Origin: the human T2T-CHM13v2.0 reference genome, Homo sapiens
Reading direction: 5' to 3' (one strand)
Assembly (NCBI RefSeq): GCF_009914755.1
Contig: NC_060935.1
Length of the DNA: 64,000 bases
Shown here: positions 44,837-57,579 of the stretch, piece by piece
Position numbering within the stretch: position 1 is the first letter of the stretch
Layout: each line of letters starts with the position of its first letter
Position numbers and translations under genes: made by a program
Notes under the pieces: model-generated
Databases searched by the model: none
What the model was told of the DNA's origin: nothing
The model's input: only the letters and a program-made list of their open reading frames with translations

Positions 44837-45185
44837 TTGGTCTTAAGTCAGGTTCCCTGGAAAAAAACTCTAAGGTGGATCATTTACATGCAGGAATTTA
44901 TTGAAGACCAACACCTGTGTGGGAATGAAATAAACAGGATTGGACAGAGGAAGAAGCTGAATTGCGATGAAGTCACAACGAACGCTGTACCCGATGGTAT
45001 CTCCTACAGCTTGCTCTGAAACTGGAGAAACCTTCAGATGGAGGCAAGGGAACTGGGCCTTTTGTACTCTCCCCCCAGCCCATCCTCTCTAATTGACCAG
45101 TTATTGGATACAGGCTCTCTTCGGTGAGAGAATTTACAAAAAAGCAACCCATTTGCATGGCGTTGACTATTTCTAAGTGATACAA
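44837..45185. mobile_element. LTR16/LTR33-like ERVL LTR remnant
   Basis: gtcttaagtcaggttccctggaaaaaaactctaagg...catgcaggaatttattg. Confidence 0.5.
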
Positions 45186-46143
45186 TACATCATCAGCTAA
45201 AAAGCCTATTATGTGTCTGTTCCATGAACCCTCTGGTATTAACTAAGAATAAAGAATGCAGAATTCAAACTTAACAAACTCCTATTTATTTTTCATGTCC
45301 CAGCCCAAATAATTGTGAGGTCTCTGGAGATTTTCCAGAGTAAAATTAGTTGCTCCTACCTCTTTGTTCCCTCATCACTACACTCATAGATTTGTAGTAA
45401 TACTTGTCAAATTGAATTATATATTATTGCTTTCTGGTCTACGTCCTACAACAAACTATGCATTCCTTGAAGGCAGGTTGCAATTTAAATGTCACTTTCC
45501 TAACTAAAATCTCCCACCCTAAGTACCCATACTCCATTTGTCATTCCTAATCACATCATGCTTATGTTTTTTTCTTAGCATTTATCCTGACCTATAATTA
45601 TTAGGTTTGCTTGTTTACTTGTTTGTTTTTAAACAATTGATGAAACTATTGTTTTACAATCTCATTTAAATAAGAGTAACCATGTATATAGCCAATGGTT
45701 TTATATGTGACTAATTAGTCATATATAATGACTAACGTAATTGTTTTATGTATGCTTAATTAGTGACATATGATAAATAGAATTCTGTTTATGTATTTTA
45801 GTAATGTTTGAATTTAACATGCCTTGTTTTTTTTTAAACCAAGAAGCCAGTTTCTATCATAAATCTTGTTTATTTCAAAACCCTAGTTTGTAGTACTTTT
45901 CTATGCCAGTTTTTTTAAATCACCAACATCTCAGTCAAATTCCATAATCAGTATTATTATCCAATATGCATATGTACAATGTAAAATAGATCAGCAGGTT
46001 GCATGTTTTTATGATCTGTCTAATCTAAGAATATACTAGGCATTGAATGTATATTTTATGACTTGAGAAGTGGAAATACGTCTGAGTTTGGAGTTGAGTT
46101 TAATTTCTACTTTTCCTATCCATGGTTTTAATTTGGTATACCT

Positions 46144-46487
46144 AGAGTTGATCCTCCACATCTATCTGTAGATTCTGCATTCATGGATTCAACCAGTTTC
46201 AGATCAAAAATATTTTTTAAGATGGATGGTTGCATCTGTGCTGAACATGTCATTATTTTTTGTCATTATTTCCTAAACAATATAGCATAACAACTCTTTT
46301 CATAGCACTTACATTGTATTAGGTATTACCAGTAATCTAGAGATGATTTAAAGTATACAGAAGGATGTGTTTAGGCTATTTGTAAGTACTACACCATTTT
46401 ACACAAAAGACTTGAGTATCCTTTGACTTTTGGTATCCAAAAGGGGTCCTGAAACCAATCCCTCATGAATACTGAAGTATGACTATA
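46144..46487. mobile_element. MER2 (Tigger-derived)
   Basis: gttgatcctccacatct...ccaatccctcatgaatactgaagtatgacta, TA flanks. Confidence 0.75.
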
Positions 46488-47049
46488 TATGTATACATGC
46501 GTATGTTTACTCAAATGAGTTCAATGAAAACCCAGGGGAAATAGTTATTGTTCAATAGCATACATTTTGTAACTAATTAGACTCAAGCAGTATTATAGAG
46601 CATGGTAAACATTCAATAGAGGATTACATGGGAATATCTGAGAAATTTTACCTATAAAAATTTATTATTCTTTTACTGGTGGGTAACAGTTGACTATCAC
46701 GTGGAACTGGGGGGTCTGAGTTGTATTAATATTTTAGTTAGTGATGCATTCTCTCAAGTCACTGGCTTTGATCTCCAATTAGTACATCTTTATATTGTGA
46801 AGATTGGAATAATGATTGACAAATTGCCTGGATTTCTATAGTTCAACATTAATTTTCTGCAATCAGGATTTATAGAGCTTCCTAAAGAGTAATGTTTGTT
46901 TCAAAGAAGATCAGAAAAACCCATAGATGTATAAAGCGTTTTCTATTAAGTTTTATCTCTCTTATAGGTGATTTCTCCTTTAACCATTCAAAGGAAATTA
47001 AAAATCATAAACTAAATGTAGTTAACACTTAATATGAGCATTAGAAATT

Positions 47050-47224
47050 TAGAGAGGCAAGATTGGAGGATTTATTTTTCCAGCAGTTTCTCATTTCTCC
47101 TTCCCATTCTGCTACAGTAATAGGGTTTGTCTGCGAAAGCCTCCGTCTATAGAGTTTCCTTTTCATCCAGGTAAATTAGGCTGTTCTATTATTAAATACG
47201 TCCTCTACAACTGTTAAGAAGTCT
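47050..47224 (-). pseudogene. SPG11-like exon (3' end unclear)
   Basis: cttcttgtacttttag|AGAC. Phase 2 reads RDFLTVVEDVFNNRTA*FTWMKRKLY (~TIDFVHQVEKLY). Confidence 0.65.
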
Positions 47225-47373
47225 CTAAAAGTACAAGAAGATTTAGTAATATAATAATTACTCTATTTGAGATGTAGGACATCAAAGTTGGGTTCAAAGT
47301 CAAAACAGGCCAATTTCCAATTTATAAACATTCATTTACACAAAAAACTTTAAAAAGGATTTGGTTACCTCAC

Positions 47374-47505
47374 CTCAGAGTTCCTACCAGCCCATCATTG
47401 AAGCTTTGGAAAGAAGCGTTCTTTGAGTTCAGAAGTGAAAAGGGAGGATATAAAAACAGGAATCCCAAAAGGCAGTTGACCCTGAGATCTAGATCCAGGC
47501 TGAAC
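47374..47505 (-). pseudogene. SPG11-like exon (132 nt)
   Basis: tgtgttag|GTTC...GAG|gtgagg. Reads FSLDLDL / QGQLPFG...ELKERFFPKLQ (~MGFDVKGQLLKI...NIRDFLVEIL). Confidence 0.6.
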
Positions 47506-48352
47506 CTAACACATTTTAGCCCATATCCCCCAAAATTCTTTCTCCAATCTGCCTGACATGTATAAAATGATGATTTCTTCAAGAAAATCAGCCCCACTCT
47601 GAAACACAGCAGGATAACATGACGGTTAAATGCATTGGCCCTAGAGTCAAACAAACTCAATCTCAGCTCTACTATGTAAGCGATGCAAAAAACAAGTAAT
47701 TTTCTATCACTCTGTATTAATTTAGTCACCTGTAAAATGATAATAAAAGTAGAATTTACCTCATAGGAAATCTGTGAAGTTTTAAAGCGATTTACTCTAT
47801 GGAAACTGCTTAGAACTATGCCTGGCACATATGAAGTGTTTTTAACGGTAGTACTGTGAATTAGTTTTCTGGTATCACTCTTCTATTAACTCTCTAATAG
47901 CAAAATAACTGAGGCAATAAGAATTCTAATAGAAAGAAGAGAGGAAAAATTTCCTGGAGTGCTGTAGAATGAAGAGGTATTGTTTAAGTGAAAGAAGACA
48001 TAAGGTTTCAGGAAAGAAAGGCACTAGAAGAGGAGAAAAACAGAGTGGGATATGGGATGATGTTAAGAAAATATTTGACCAGGTAATTAATATGTTGGTC
48101 ACAAATGACATTATATGAAAAAAGAAGTAGTCATTTTCCCCCTCTTTTACATTTTCATGCACAGAATGGTCTATGGTTCTTCCAACTCAGAACCCAATCT
48201 AGCGCTAAGGCCTTCAAAGGCCTCTAAACTAATCTGGGAACCAACTAATTCTAACCTTCTTTTTATTATAAACAGAGCTCTAAATTCTAACCAAGACTCT
48301 ACAATTGAGAGTTTGAATATAGTAATTAACCAAGCCTTTTGCAAATATGTAC

Positions 48353-48875
48353 CAGCAGAAACCCAAAGAGATAGCTTCCATATAGAGCCCAAGGGTAAAA
48401 ATACAAAGAAAAGGAGCAGAGTCCTGATGAGGATGGCTGATACAGAGTTCCCGAAATGGAAATATAGGAACCATCTGTTAAAAATGCATACTTGATGAGT
48501 TGTAAGCCACCAGGACCTTTTAAAGTCTTTACCATGTTAAGTACATCTGGAATCACACTGATTATTGGGTGCTCAGAAAAGGAAGCAGGCTCCAGCTGAC
48601 TCTGGGCATTAGTAGCCAAATGGAAGTTAGAACAAAAGAAAAAAAGACCATTAAGTAGCCCTCCTCAGGGAGCAGCACAGGAAAAAAGAGGCAGGAGGCA
48701 GGAGAGATTTATTTCCCTAAACACTCTAAACAAACGCTGCAGATTCTGACTTCTTGGGCCAGGGCTGGAGGTTTCCATGGGGAGAACTGCTTCAAAAAAG
48801 GTCATGTTAAGGTAAGACAAGAAATTCTTTTTCCAAAAATGACATAATTCAAGCTTTCCCAGAACGTCCAGTTTC
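48353..48875 (-). pseudogene. SPG11-like exon (boundaries approximate)
   Basis: Frame of ORF 48326-48619 extends to ~48875 with one TGA: KLDVLGKLELCHFWKKNFLSYLNMTFF...QNLQRLFRVFREINL...SFSEHPIISVIPDVLNMVK. After a frameshift: FLCIFTLGLYMEAISL (~VFDNLKKNNIKEASEL). Confidence 0.6.
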
Positions 48876-49075
48876 TTATATTGAGCACTTACTCTGTGTC
48901 AAAATGTGGGCAAATCACACATAATATCTTATTTCATCTTTATTTTAAAACCCTATGAAGTGAGTGATGTTATTACTCCATTTGATAGATAAGCGAACTG
49001 AGAATCACAGAGAATAAGGGAGTAAGTAGTTTGTACAAGGTCACAAAGCTAGTTTGTGGTAAAACTTCAAATCCC
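48876..49075 (-). mobile_element. MIR
   Basis: tattgagcacttactctgtg...gaactgagaatcacagag...aaggtcacaaagctag. Other MIR remnants near 36650, 40700, 47620 and 51950. Confidence 0.75.
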
Positions 49076-49079
49076 TCAC

Positions 49080-49149
49080 GAGAATTTATAAAATAATATG
49101 AGTTACACGAATGAGAGAATATTCCATAGACTATTTGGCTTTCTATTTC
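49080..49149 (-). pseudogene. SPG11-like exon
   Basis: Strong acceptor ctttccctttctttctttag; donor CTC|gtgagg. Reads EIESQIVYGIFSHSCNSYYFINS (~IHALEAGIENRQLDTVNFFLKS). Confidence 0.55.
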
Positions 49150-49240
49150 CTAAAGAAAGAAAGGGAAAGTAATAACATCAATTTGGAATTACACCAAAGT
49201 CTTTAAATTTGCTTTAAATATAATAGACTTTTACAATTTC

Positions 49241-49267
49241 AGATACATACATGATTTCTACAGGCGA
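49241..49267 (-). pseudogene. Candidate small exon
   Basis: Donor CAT|gtatgt, phase 0. KQSFACRNH loosely matches VDTLCHLNG. A 91-nt intron leads to the next exon. Confidence 0.35.
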
Positions 49268-50190
49268 ATGATTGCTTCTTGCATATATAATTTAGTAAAT
49301 CAACTGGTCTAAGTAGATTACATTACAAAAGTCTACTAACAGATTATTAAAGTTAGTAGAAACAGAAGAAGAAGCATTCATTGCCCTTGGGTGACATTTC
49401 TATTTGGGAAATGTTGGAAGTTTATTTCTACAAGATTAAGAGCAGTACAAGAATATCCCATTAAATGAGATCCTATGAATCTAAAATTTTCTTAAAGGAA
49501 AAAATAAAACTACTTGAAAGTAAATTATATTGTTCTGCTTCCTTACCAACACACATTATTTCACACACACACTCACGCCCAAACACACACACACACACAT
49601 CCTTTTACACCATCTCATCTCCTCGAGCAGAGCCAATAGTGCATTATTAACATGCAACATTAATTTAGCACTGTTTTTTCTATACCATTAACTTTTTTTC
49701 TGGCTCTCTATATGTCAGTGTACATTAGTTTTTCATAGAAAAGTTACAATATCTGTTCTAAAGCTTAACTAAACTTCAGCGTAAATCTTCCTTGTCAAAC
49801 TCAATCCTTTGACCCATCTTTAATCTGTGTTCCAAATTTACAGTTAGAGAAAGATGTGAGAGGGTGATATCAATGTAAAGTAAAAACGTGTTTTGCCTTG
49901 ATAAATTTCAGTGTATAAAATCACTAACTCCAGGAACCAAAATAGGACTTAAAATGTCATCTTTTAATATTTTTAAAGATTTTGCAAGCCAGCATGAAAA
50001 TAGGAATGGTGTAAGGAAACTGATGGAGACATATTAGATATGTAATTAAAGCTATAGTTGTGCAGAATACTGTTAGCCGAGACATGTATTGTCACTGATA
50101 AAGAGAAAAAAGAAAAGAGTTGCAGGATTTTAAAAAATATTTTGCCAGTTAAATATACAAAAATATTCCCCATACTTTGGAAATGTCATA

Positions 50191-50359
50191 CAATATGTGT
50201 CAAAGAGAAGTCTCATTCTCTTTGCAGCTCTGCTCAATGTTTTATGTTTCCATCATTTCTGTTTCCTCCTCTTTTGGTGATATGCATGTCATGTGTCTGT
50301 GGACCTAAAGGGAAAACTCACATAAACACAATGTCTGCTTTGACAACTTTACAGTTCAT
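50191..50359 (-). pseudogene. Candidate exon of the same pseudogene
   Basis: Strong acceptor tctttattgcag at 50359; donor-like sites TAT|gtgagt and ATT|gtatga. No clear SPG11 motif. Confidence 0.3.
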
Positions 50360-50789
50360 CTGCAATAAAGACATCCATTGAGTATGATAAAATTCCATTG
50401 CAGTATATCATCTAGAGACTTTATAAAAGGAAAGCCCTAGGTGCTCAGCACCCATTGTGGCTACTAAATTATGTATACTGCTTTATGTTTCCTAAATTTC
50501 CAATGTCCCAATTAGATCACAGACTAGCATATTATGCCCTCTTTATAAATGCCAGGATTTGATTTGAAGTTATAGAATGGTCATTTATTACTTTTGGTTG
50601 AAATTCCCATTTTGGAAATATTGGAAGTTAATTTCTACAACATTAAATGCATGCAGTACAAGAATACTTCATTACATGAGATTCTATGAATCTAGCATTT
50701 ATAAGGAAGGCAACAGGGACAGCAAATATCTGATTAAAGTAAATGACTAACAGGACTCTTATCAAATTTTTAATTCTGAAGATGCAAGG

Positions 50790-51860
50790 CAGGTTTGTAT
50801 ATTTATGGGATATATGGAATGTTTTGATGAATTATACAACGTGTAATAATCACAACAGGGTAAAAAGGGTATCCATCACCTCAGGCATTTATCCTTTGTG
50901 GTACAAACAATGACATTATACACTTTGAGTTACTTTAAAATGTACAATTAAAGTATTACTGACTATAGTCACCTTGTTGTGCTATCAAATACTAGATTTT
51001 ATTCATTTAATTTAACTAATGTTTTGTGCCCATTAACCATTTCCACTTCTCTGCCTACCACCCCAACTACCCTTCTCAGCCTCTGGTAATCATCCTTCAA
51101 CTTTCTATCTTCATAAGATTGGGTGTTTTAATATTTAGCTTCCACAAATGAGTGAGAACATGAGAAGTTTGCCTTTCTGTGCCTGGCTTATTTCACTTAT
51201 GATGACCTCAGCTCCATCCATGTTGTTACAAATGACAGGATCTCATTCTTTCTTATGACTGAACAGTACTCCATTGTGTGTATGTACCACATTTGCTTAT
51301 TCCATTCATCTATTGATAGACGTTTAGGTTGCTTCCAAATCTTTGCTATTGTGAATAGTGCTGCAGTAAACATGGGAGTGCAGATATCTCTATATATTTG
51401 TATTACCTTTCTTTTATGGATATATCTAGGAGTGGGGTTGCTGGATCACATGATATCTCTATTTTTAGTTTTTTGATGAATCTCCCAACTGTTCTCCACA
51501 GTGGTTGTGCTAATTTATATTCCCACCAACAGTGTACAAGGGTTCCCTTTTCTCCACATCCTTGCCACCATTTGTTATTGCCTGTCTTTTGGATAAAAAC
51601 CATTTTAACTGGGGTGAGATGATATCTCATTGTAGTTTTATTTTGTATTTCTCTGGTGGTCAATGATGCTGAGCACCTTCTCATATGCCTGTTTTCCATT
51701 TCTGTGTCTTCTTTTGAGAAATGTCTATTCAGATCTTTTGCCCATTTTTGATTGGATTATTAGATTTTTTTTCTATAGAGTTGTTGGAGTTCCTTCTATA
51801 TTCAGGTTGTTGATCCTTTGTCAGATGAGGAGTTTGCAAATATTTTCTCCCATTCTGTGG
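50790..51860 (-). mobile_element. L1MA 3' end
   Basis: ORF 51403-51699 is the L1 ORF2 C-terminus (HCWWEYKL); L1MA-type 3'UTR. Confidence 0.85.
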
Positions 51861-53129
51861 GTCACGACTCCTTTGGGTGGAAGTGACAAAAATTCAATGG
51901 AAGATAGCTTAAACTATAACAGTAAGAGCAATAATTAACATTCACCAAAAACTTACTGTGTTCCAAGCATTTAGCTAAGTATTTCTCACACATGTGCTAG
52001 GTACTCTCTTTGTCTCATTTTTGACACATGAGGAAATGTGGCTCAGAGAACTCAAGGCACTTGTCCACACCAACAGAACTGGTAGATCATGGATTCAGAT
52101 AGGAATTGAGCCAGTTTGACACTTAATTACTATGCCACTGGGAAAGAAAAATCCATTTATCTGAAGAAAACAAGGGGTGGTCACAAAATTAAAGGAAGAA
52201 CGAAACAACACCCCAAGTCAGGAAAGAGGGCAGAAAATAAAACCAAGAATTATCTTATGTTAAAATCTTTCATCCTTTTCTCCTACACAGTAACAGGCTC
52301 CATGTGGCAGAGAATATGGCTATGAACAGGTCAGATTCCCATCTTTACCACTAAAGTTGAAAGGACATAGCATCAACACAACCAACACCCAAGACTGAAA
52401 CATTCTGGGGAAGGATTCTGATGCATACCCACCCTCGGACTCAACAATGGGCTGGTGAAGTGCTGCAAATGGTCCACCTCCTGCTGGTTTGAAGGGGTTG
52501 GAAAGGGCTTAGGATCCATTATGGAACCACATGGAAGGATTTGAGGAGTAGTTTTCCAAAGAAAGGTGCCGTTAACAGAAAAACATAAAGGCAGTTGTAT
52601 TATAATGGAAATAACAATAACTGTTCATTATTCTTAGATGCAGAGGTGCGGACTCAGACTTCGCTCAAGTGTGGCTGAATCAGAGGCCCTTGGGAATGTC
52701 TGCATTTCCATGTGACTTCTAATTCATTTAAAAACAATCATTTCTGCCCTACCATCTTTATGATTCTTTCAAATGTGGTAACAGTTTTCAAAAAATTAAA
52801 ATTCCTCGATATGATTTGTGACTATTTCAAAAGGCAAAGCTTTGTACTATTTATAAGGATAAATATGTATACAAGCTAAGTAAATTGTATGCAACACTTT
52901 GACCTTCTAAAGAGAAAAAGCACTTTTCAAGTGTTTCAATAGTAGTACTTTAAAAACCAAACTTTAAGTGTGAAGTATATACTAAATATAAATTTTTCAA
53001 GTTATTTATTAAAGCAGATATAAAAAGCCTTTGGCTGGTAGAAAATTCTATTAAGATTTTTCATGCTCCTATAACAAAACAATTATACCAAAATCTTTCA
53101 TAATTCACTTTTCACTAATTAGATTTACA

Positions 53130-53466
53130 TTTTTGCCATTCATTCTTAAACTCATCTATTCATGTACTTGTACAAGCAAGGTAATTCTATCACAATGTGT
53201 ATAAATTAACTGGCCTGACTCTATCAAGAAATCAGCAGCCACTTAATGACTTCATTCAACAAATGCTACAAGAAACATTAGCCTCAAATTTTCCCTCTTC
53301 ACTGAGTCTAACAATCAAAGTCCTGTTCCACTATTAAAAAATGACTTTTTTCCCAAGGTAATGAGAATTTTACAACAAAATTTAAATTGTCTAGAATCAC
53401 AGGTAGCCTCTTCTAAATTTTGTTTTGCATGTTGTTTCACTATTCTTTCCAAAATTTACTAGCTCC
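53130..53466 (-). pseudogene. SPG11-like exon (3' end approximate)
   Basis: One frame reads ILERIVKQHAKQNLEEAT (~GLNLVFDNLKKNNIKEAS)...KRENLRLMFL (~NKNIRDFL)...ITLLVQVHE (~IDFVHQVEK). Candidate donors at 53168 or ~53130. Confidence 0.55.
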
Positions 53467-53582
53467 CTAACAATTCTGTCAAACTAGATATTATGGAATG
53501 GTTTGGCCCTCATTAGACCACTAGAAGATATAAAACATGTTTTAAATTTAACATGAGAGAGAGAAATATTCTTCCCATGTAC

Positions 53583-53724
53583 CTGAGAATTTCCAGAAAT
53601 ACTTGGATAACAAAACTTCCTCCAAAGAACTTGAAACTCTTTGAACCATCTCATTCTTCCAAACTCTTAATCTACTTTAAACAATCATGAGAGCAAAATT
53701 GCTTCACGATATCTACTCAAAGAG
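53583..53724 (-). pseudogene. SPG11-like exon
   Basis: ctcttcactttag|CTC...CAG|gtacat. Phase 0->1 fits both neighbours. RVWKNEMVQRVSSSLEEVLLSK loosely matches NIWKKLSFEEVIASAIL. Confidence 0.55.
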
Positions 53725-53890
53725 CTAAAGTGAAGAGAAAGCATTCCTTATTATCTGAACTAGTAATATCTAAAATAGAAATAGAAATAAGAGCAAAAAT
53801 GTCTTTCATGTTTGTCTAATGCACGATCATTAAGCACTCATAATTATTTTACTCAAGCATATTCTATCATATTAATAAATCTGTTCTTAC

Positions 53891-54888
53891 ATGCAAATGG
53901 CCCACAGAAATTCAGTCTTTCTTATTCCTGAGTGGTTCTAAGTTAGACTTCATATCCATGAACAATTCTTGCTTGCATGTCACCATATAAATAAATAACT
54001 CCTAAAGGTTATCTTAAATGTCACTAAGCAGACATTGCATATCTAGCAAGAATGGATCTAAATATTGAGGCAAACTAGGTCCGAATTTCCAGAGAATCAA
54101 AATAGCAATTAAAGAAACTTCTTATAAAATTCAGAAAGTTCAGCACTGATTTCTCCACTGCTGATGGGAATCAGAGTAGCCAATGCATCTTCCTGTCTTT
54201 TAGAGTTGTTTTATTCAATGGCTGGAAAGAAATTACAAAAAAATACTTTGAAAGCCAAAATGATTTTGAAATAAAAAGCCACCACCCAAATGGATTAGAC
54301 TGTGAAATCTCTTGGTCCCATTTAACAGAGTGGAAGCCTTCCACAAAGATTTGGCTATCTCTGAGACAAATCCCTCACGACAGTTCAATCTATGCTCCCA
54401 GAGCATTTAAATTTAGGATATCATTTACACAGAAACCCTCTAAATCTGATACATTCACAGTCTCTCACTAAGTGAAGTCATATTTGTATTCAGTGCTAGA
54501 TGATACTAGCTGCTACTTGCGAAAAGTGGTGTCGTTTGCTGAAATTTCTATTTTAAACCCAACATTCTTTGTGAGAATAGTTAGTCTGTGATGTTGTGTC
54601 CTCAGCTCCCTGCCACAGTTGAGGGAAGGGCAACCCTCATTTTCTGGAAGTGGGTGACAGATGTTTCCTTCATGATAGAACCAAACTGTCCATCAGTGTG
54701 TTTTTGAAGGTCTTCTGCTGACACCTGGAAACCATCAGTTGTATTTGCAGGTAAAGAATTCTCCCCAACAAGGGAGAAATTGTAGTGGTATAAAGAAGCT
54801 ACTGGAGAAGACAAAGAACACACTGTCTTCATCTTGCAGTTGGAAACTGGTTATGTTTTCTCCAGCTACTCCAAATAGCAGCTGAAAT
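53891..54888 (-). pseudogene. Large (998 nt) SPG11-like exon, end of beta-propeller into helical region
   Basis: ttctttttag|ATTTCAG...CAT|gtaaga. Across frameshifts reads ENITSFQLQDEDSVFFVFSS, SLYHYNFSL, RLTILTKNVGFKIEI (~CFVLTENGLSLIL), ELS*GICLRDSQIFVEGFHS (~ALEAGIENRQLDTVNFFLKS), DALATL...SEFYKKFL*LLF (~PALDLL...KHFSEQLLNLTL), DNL*ELFIYMV (~SYINELRTFMI). Confidence 0.75.
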
Positions 54889-57312
54889 CTAAAAAGAAAT
54901 GTGAAAAAGAAGATATTTTTCTTAAGGTGTTTCAAAAGCATAATAAGCAGAGAGGAAAAAACTGTCACTCAGGATAGGATCTCCATATGACTATCATGTC
55001 CCTTTCTAAGAATATTCCCTGGTGTGGTCTCTCTCTACCTGGATACTCACTATCCACCTAACCAAACTACTTCTCTTGACTATTTAGGCTTAAGAGATAC
55101 AAAGAAAGCCCTGACTCCAGCAAAACTAACAGGAGTGAGGGTGTCCATAGGCCTTCAGGCCTGAACTGAAATTGGCTTTTCCTTGGAGAAGCTTCCCCTG
55201 ACACCCAAACAGGATTTGGTTTTCCCCACTATCGATTTTACTGGAATCATCCACTTTTTCTTCATAGTATTTATTCCAGCTGTACAAACATAATTAAATT
55301 ATCATTTATGATATTATTTGTTTGCTGTAGACTGATTAGGGGAAATGAATAAACATATGTTACTAAAATAAAAAAAATTCTCAGTTAAACCATGAGAAAA
55401 TTTAATTATTTAGAATTCTTTGTTCCAAAACACTTAATTGGGAAAAAAAAAAAAAAAAAAAGAGGAAGGGAGAAAGGAAGGAAAAGAGGAAAGGAGGGAT
55501 GGAAAAAGGGAGGAAGGGAGTGAGAATCTTACTGATTCACCTGAGGGAATAGTCCAGAGTAATTGTAATTTCAGATGAGACTGAATCTGGAGTTCAAACA
55601 ATGTGACCATATTGTTTGTGACCATCTTTTCTGAACTACGTTTTCACAGGTTGGCTTCCTTCAATGGCCTTGCTTCAAGGTTACCTGCTTATTTGTTATG
55701 CCTAGTGGAGAATAAAAGAACATTTTATTCACTAACAACTCAACTAAAGTCAGAGAATTGAGACTTTTTGGTCATATCTTAACTTGGCAGTGTGCCCATT
55801 CTTAAGCCAATCAATGTGGCAGGGATTTGTGGACAGGCTCACTTGCTTAAGCCAATCAAAACTCATTCTCAGAGCCAAGCACAAGGTTGTTGCTCCCAAA
55901 TCTCATCACTGAAAAATCCAGGGTACTATTCAAAAGGCAAAAATTAAGAATAGATGCTACAGAGACAAGAAATAAATGTCTACAACAAGGACCAATGAAA
56001 TTTTGCACTCGAAGCCTCAGAGGGGTTTTCAGTAGGGAAATAGCAAAACCTGATTTAGGTTTGTAACTGCTACCAATGTGGAATTGTTAGATATAAAGGG
56101 AATTTTTAAAGCAAAACAATAAGATTTGATGACTGGATATAAATGATAAGAGAGGATATCATAAGGAGGATGGCTCTGAATTTTCTAGCTTCCATGAATG
56201 CATAGATGTTTCTACCATGGATTAAGATAAAATATACAGGAGAAGGAGCAAACAGTTAGGACTCTTAAAATCTCTGTATTATTTTTTACATTCTGTAGCA
56301 AAGGGCTTTTACACAGATAGAACATTGGAAACTACAGAGGAATGTGTTAATCAGTCATGTGGTGAGCTTAATAGGCTACCACCTCCCAAGATCATATTAA
56401 AATAAACATTGAGTTACAATAAATTACAAACACATTGCCTAACTCTATTTTCTCATTTTTTTTAGAGATAAAATTATATCTCTATTTTAGGTACCAAAAC
56501 AGGATATCCTACAACTTGAATAGCTTTTTACTAGAATAAAAGCTGAAACTCAACTAGGAGTACCCAGTGAATTCCAGTACTATTTCTGCTAAACACAGTG
56601 GAGGAATTTTTACTCTCTCACCTGAACTCACATCAGCTAAGAGAGTTTATTAATTAGTTTTGCTGCATGACAAACCATCCCAAAATTTAGTAGTTTAAAT
56701 TACAATGAAATAATTTAACTCATAATTCCATTAGTAGGCAGTTTGGGCTAGGCTCAGCTAATCTGGGCCTGGAAAGCAGATTTCAGCCAGGACTCAACCA
56801 GGGTCAGTCAGCTGCCAGGTCAACTGGAGTCCCTATTTTCTCCTTAATAAGGTCTATCAATACCCAGTAGTCTAGCCCAAGTTTATATAAAGAGTGACAG
56901 TATGGTTCCAAGAAGAAGAAAAAGCAAGACCCAATGTACAAGTGCTTTTTAAGTCCTTACTTATATCACATTTGCAAACATCCCATTGACCCAATTAAGC
57001 CACATGGCCAAGGCCAGAGTTACTGTAAGGGGGCACTACTGAAAAGCTTGGAAAGAGGAATATGTGAACCCATTGGAGCTTTTATGGCAATTAATCCACC
57101 ACAGTGACCAACAATTTGACCTACACAAAGTATTAACCACAAAATACTTTCTTACTCTTAAACCTGAGGGAGCATTATATCTATATTAAAGCTTCCTAAA
57201 TTTTTAGAGTTGGGAAAATTAAGAAAGTATTTTTATTCTTTTCATTAGACAATTACGTTAAGATTCTTGTTCTGGAAAATTGGGGTGATGAGTTTTTAAT
57301 TTGCTGTCTTAC

Positions 57313-57382
57313 TTAAAATCACCCTCTCTGACACAATTATTTATAACTACATTGACAGTAAAATTCATAAGGCTTTATTTAA
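57313..57382 (-). pseudogene. SPG11-like exon (70 nt)
   Basis: ctaat...ttttttag|TT...TAA|gtaaga. Phase 1->2 joins in frame to the 54888 exon. Reads VK*SLMNFTVNVVINNCVREGDF. Confidence 0.55.
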
Positions 57383-57473
57383 CTAAAAAAATAGAAATTC
57401 AAATTAGCAACAGTTTAATTTAGTTCTGATCTTAATATTCTCATTGCTGTTCTCATTATTAATCTGCACCAAC

Positions 57474-57579
57474 CAGTTTCAATCAGTTCTCAACAGTGAA
57501 TCTCTATCCTAAGGCTCATGATGGTCTTTTTCAACTTTGCAAATCAGGTATGTGTAAGTTCCTGACAATAAAAAGTCTG
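57474..57579 (-). pseudogene. SPG11-like exon
   Basis: tgtttttag|CAGAC...ACTG|gttggt. Reads DFLLSGTYTYLICKVEK (~DTQLCRGILFVL), then a frameshift. Confidence 0.55.

Noticed and set aside
48115-48495. 126-aa plus-strand ORF
   Set aside because: No recognisable motif or splice context; it is antisense to the pseudo-exon.
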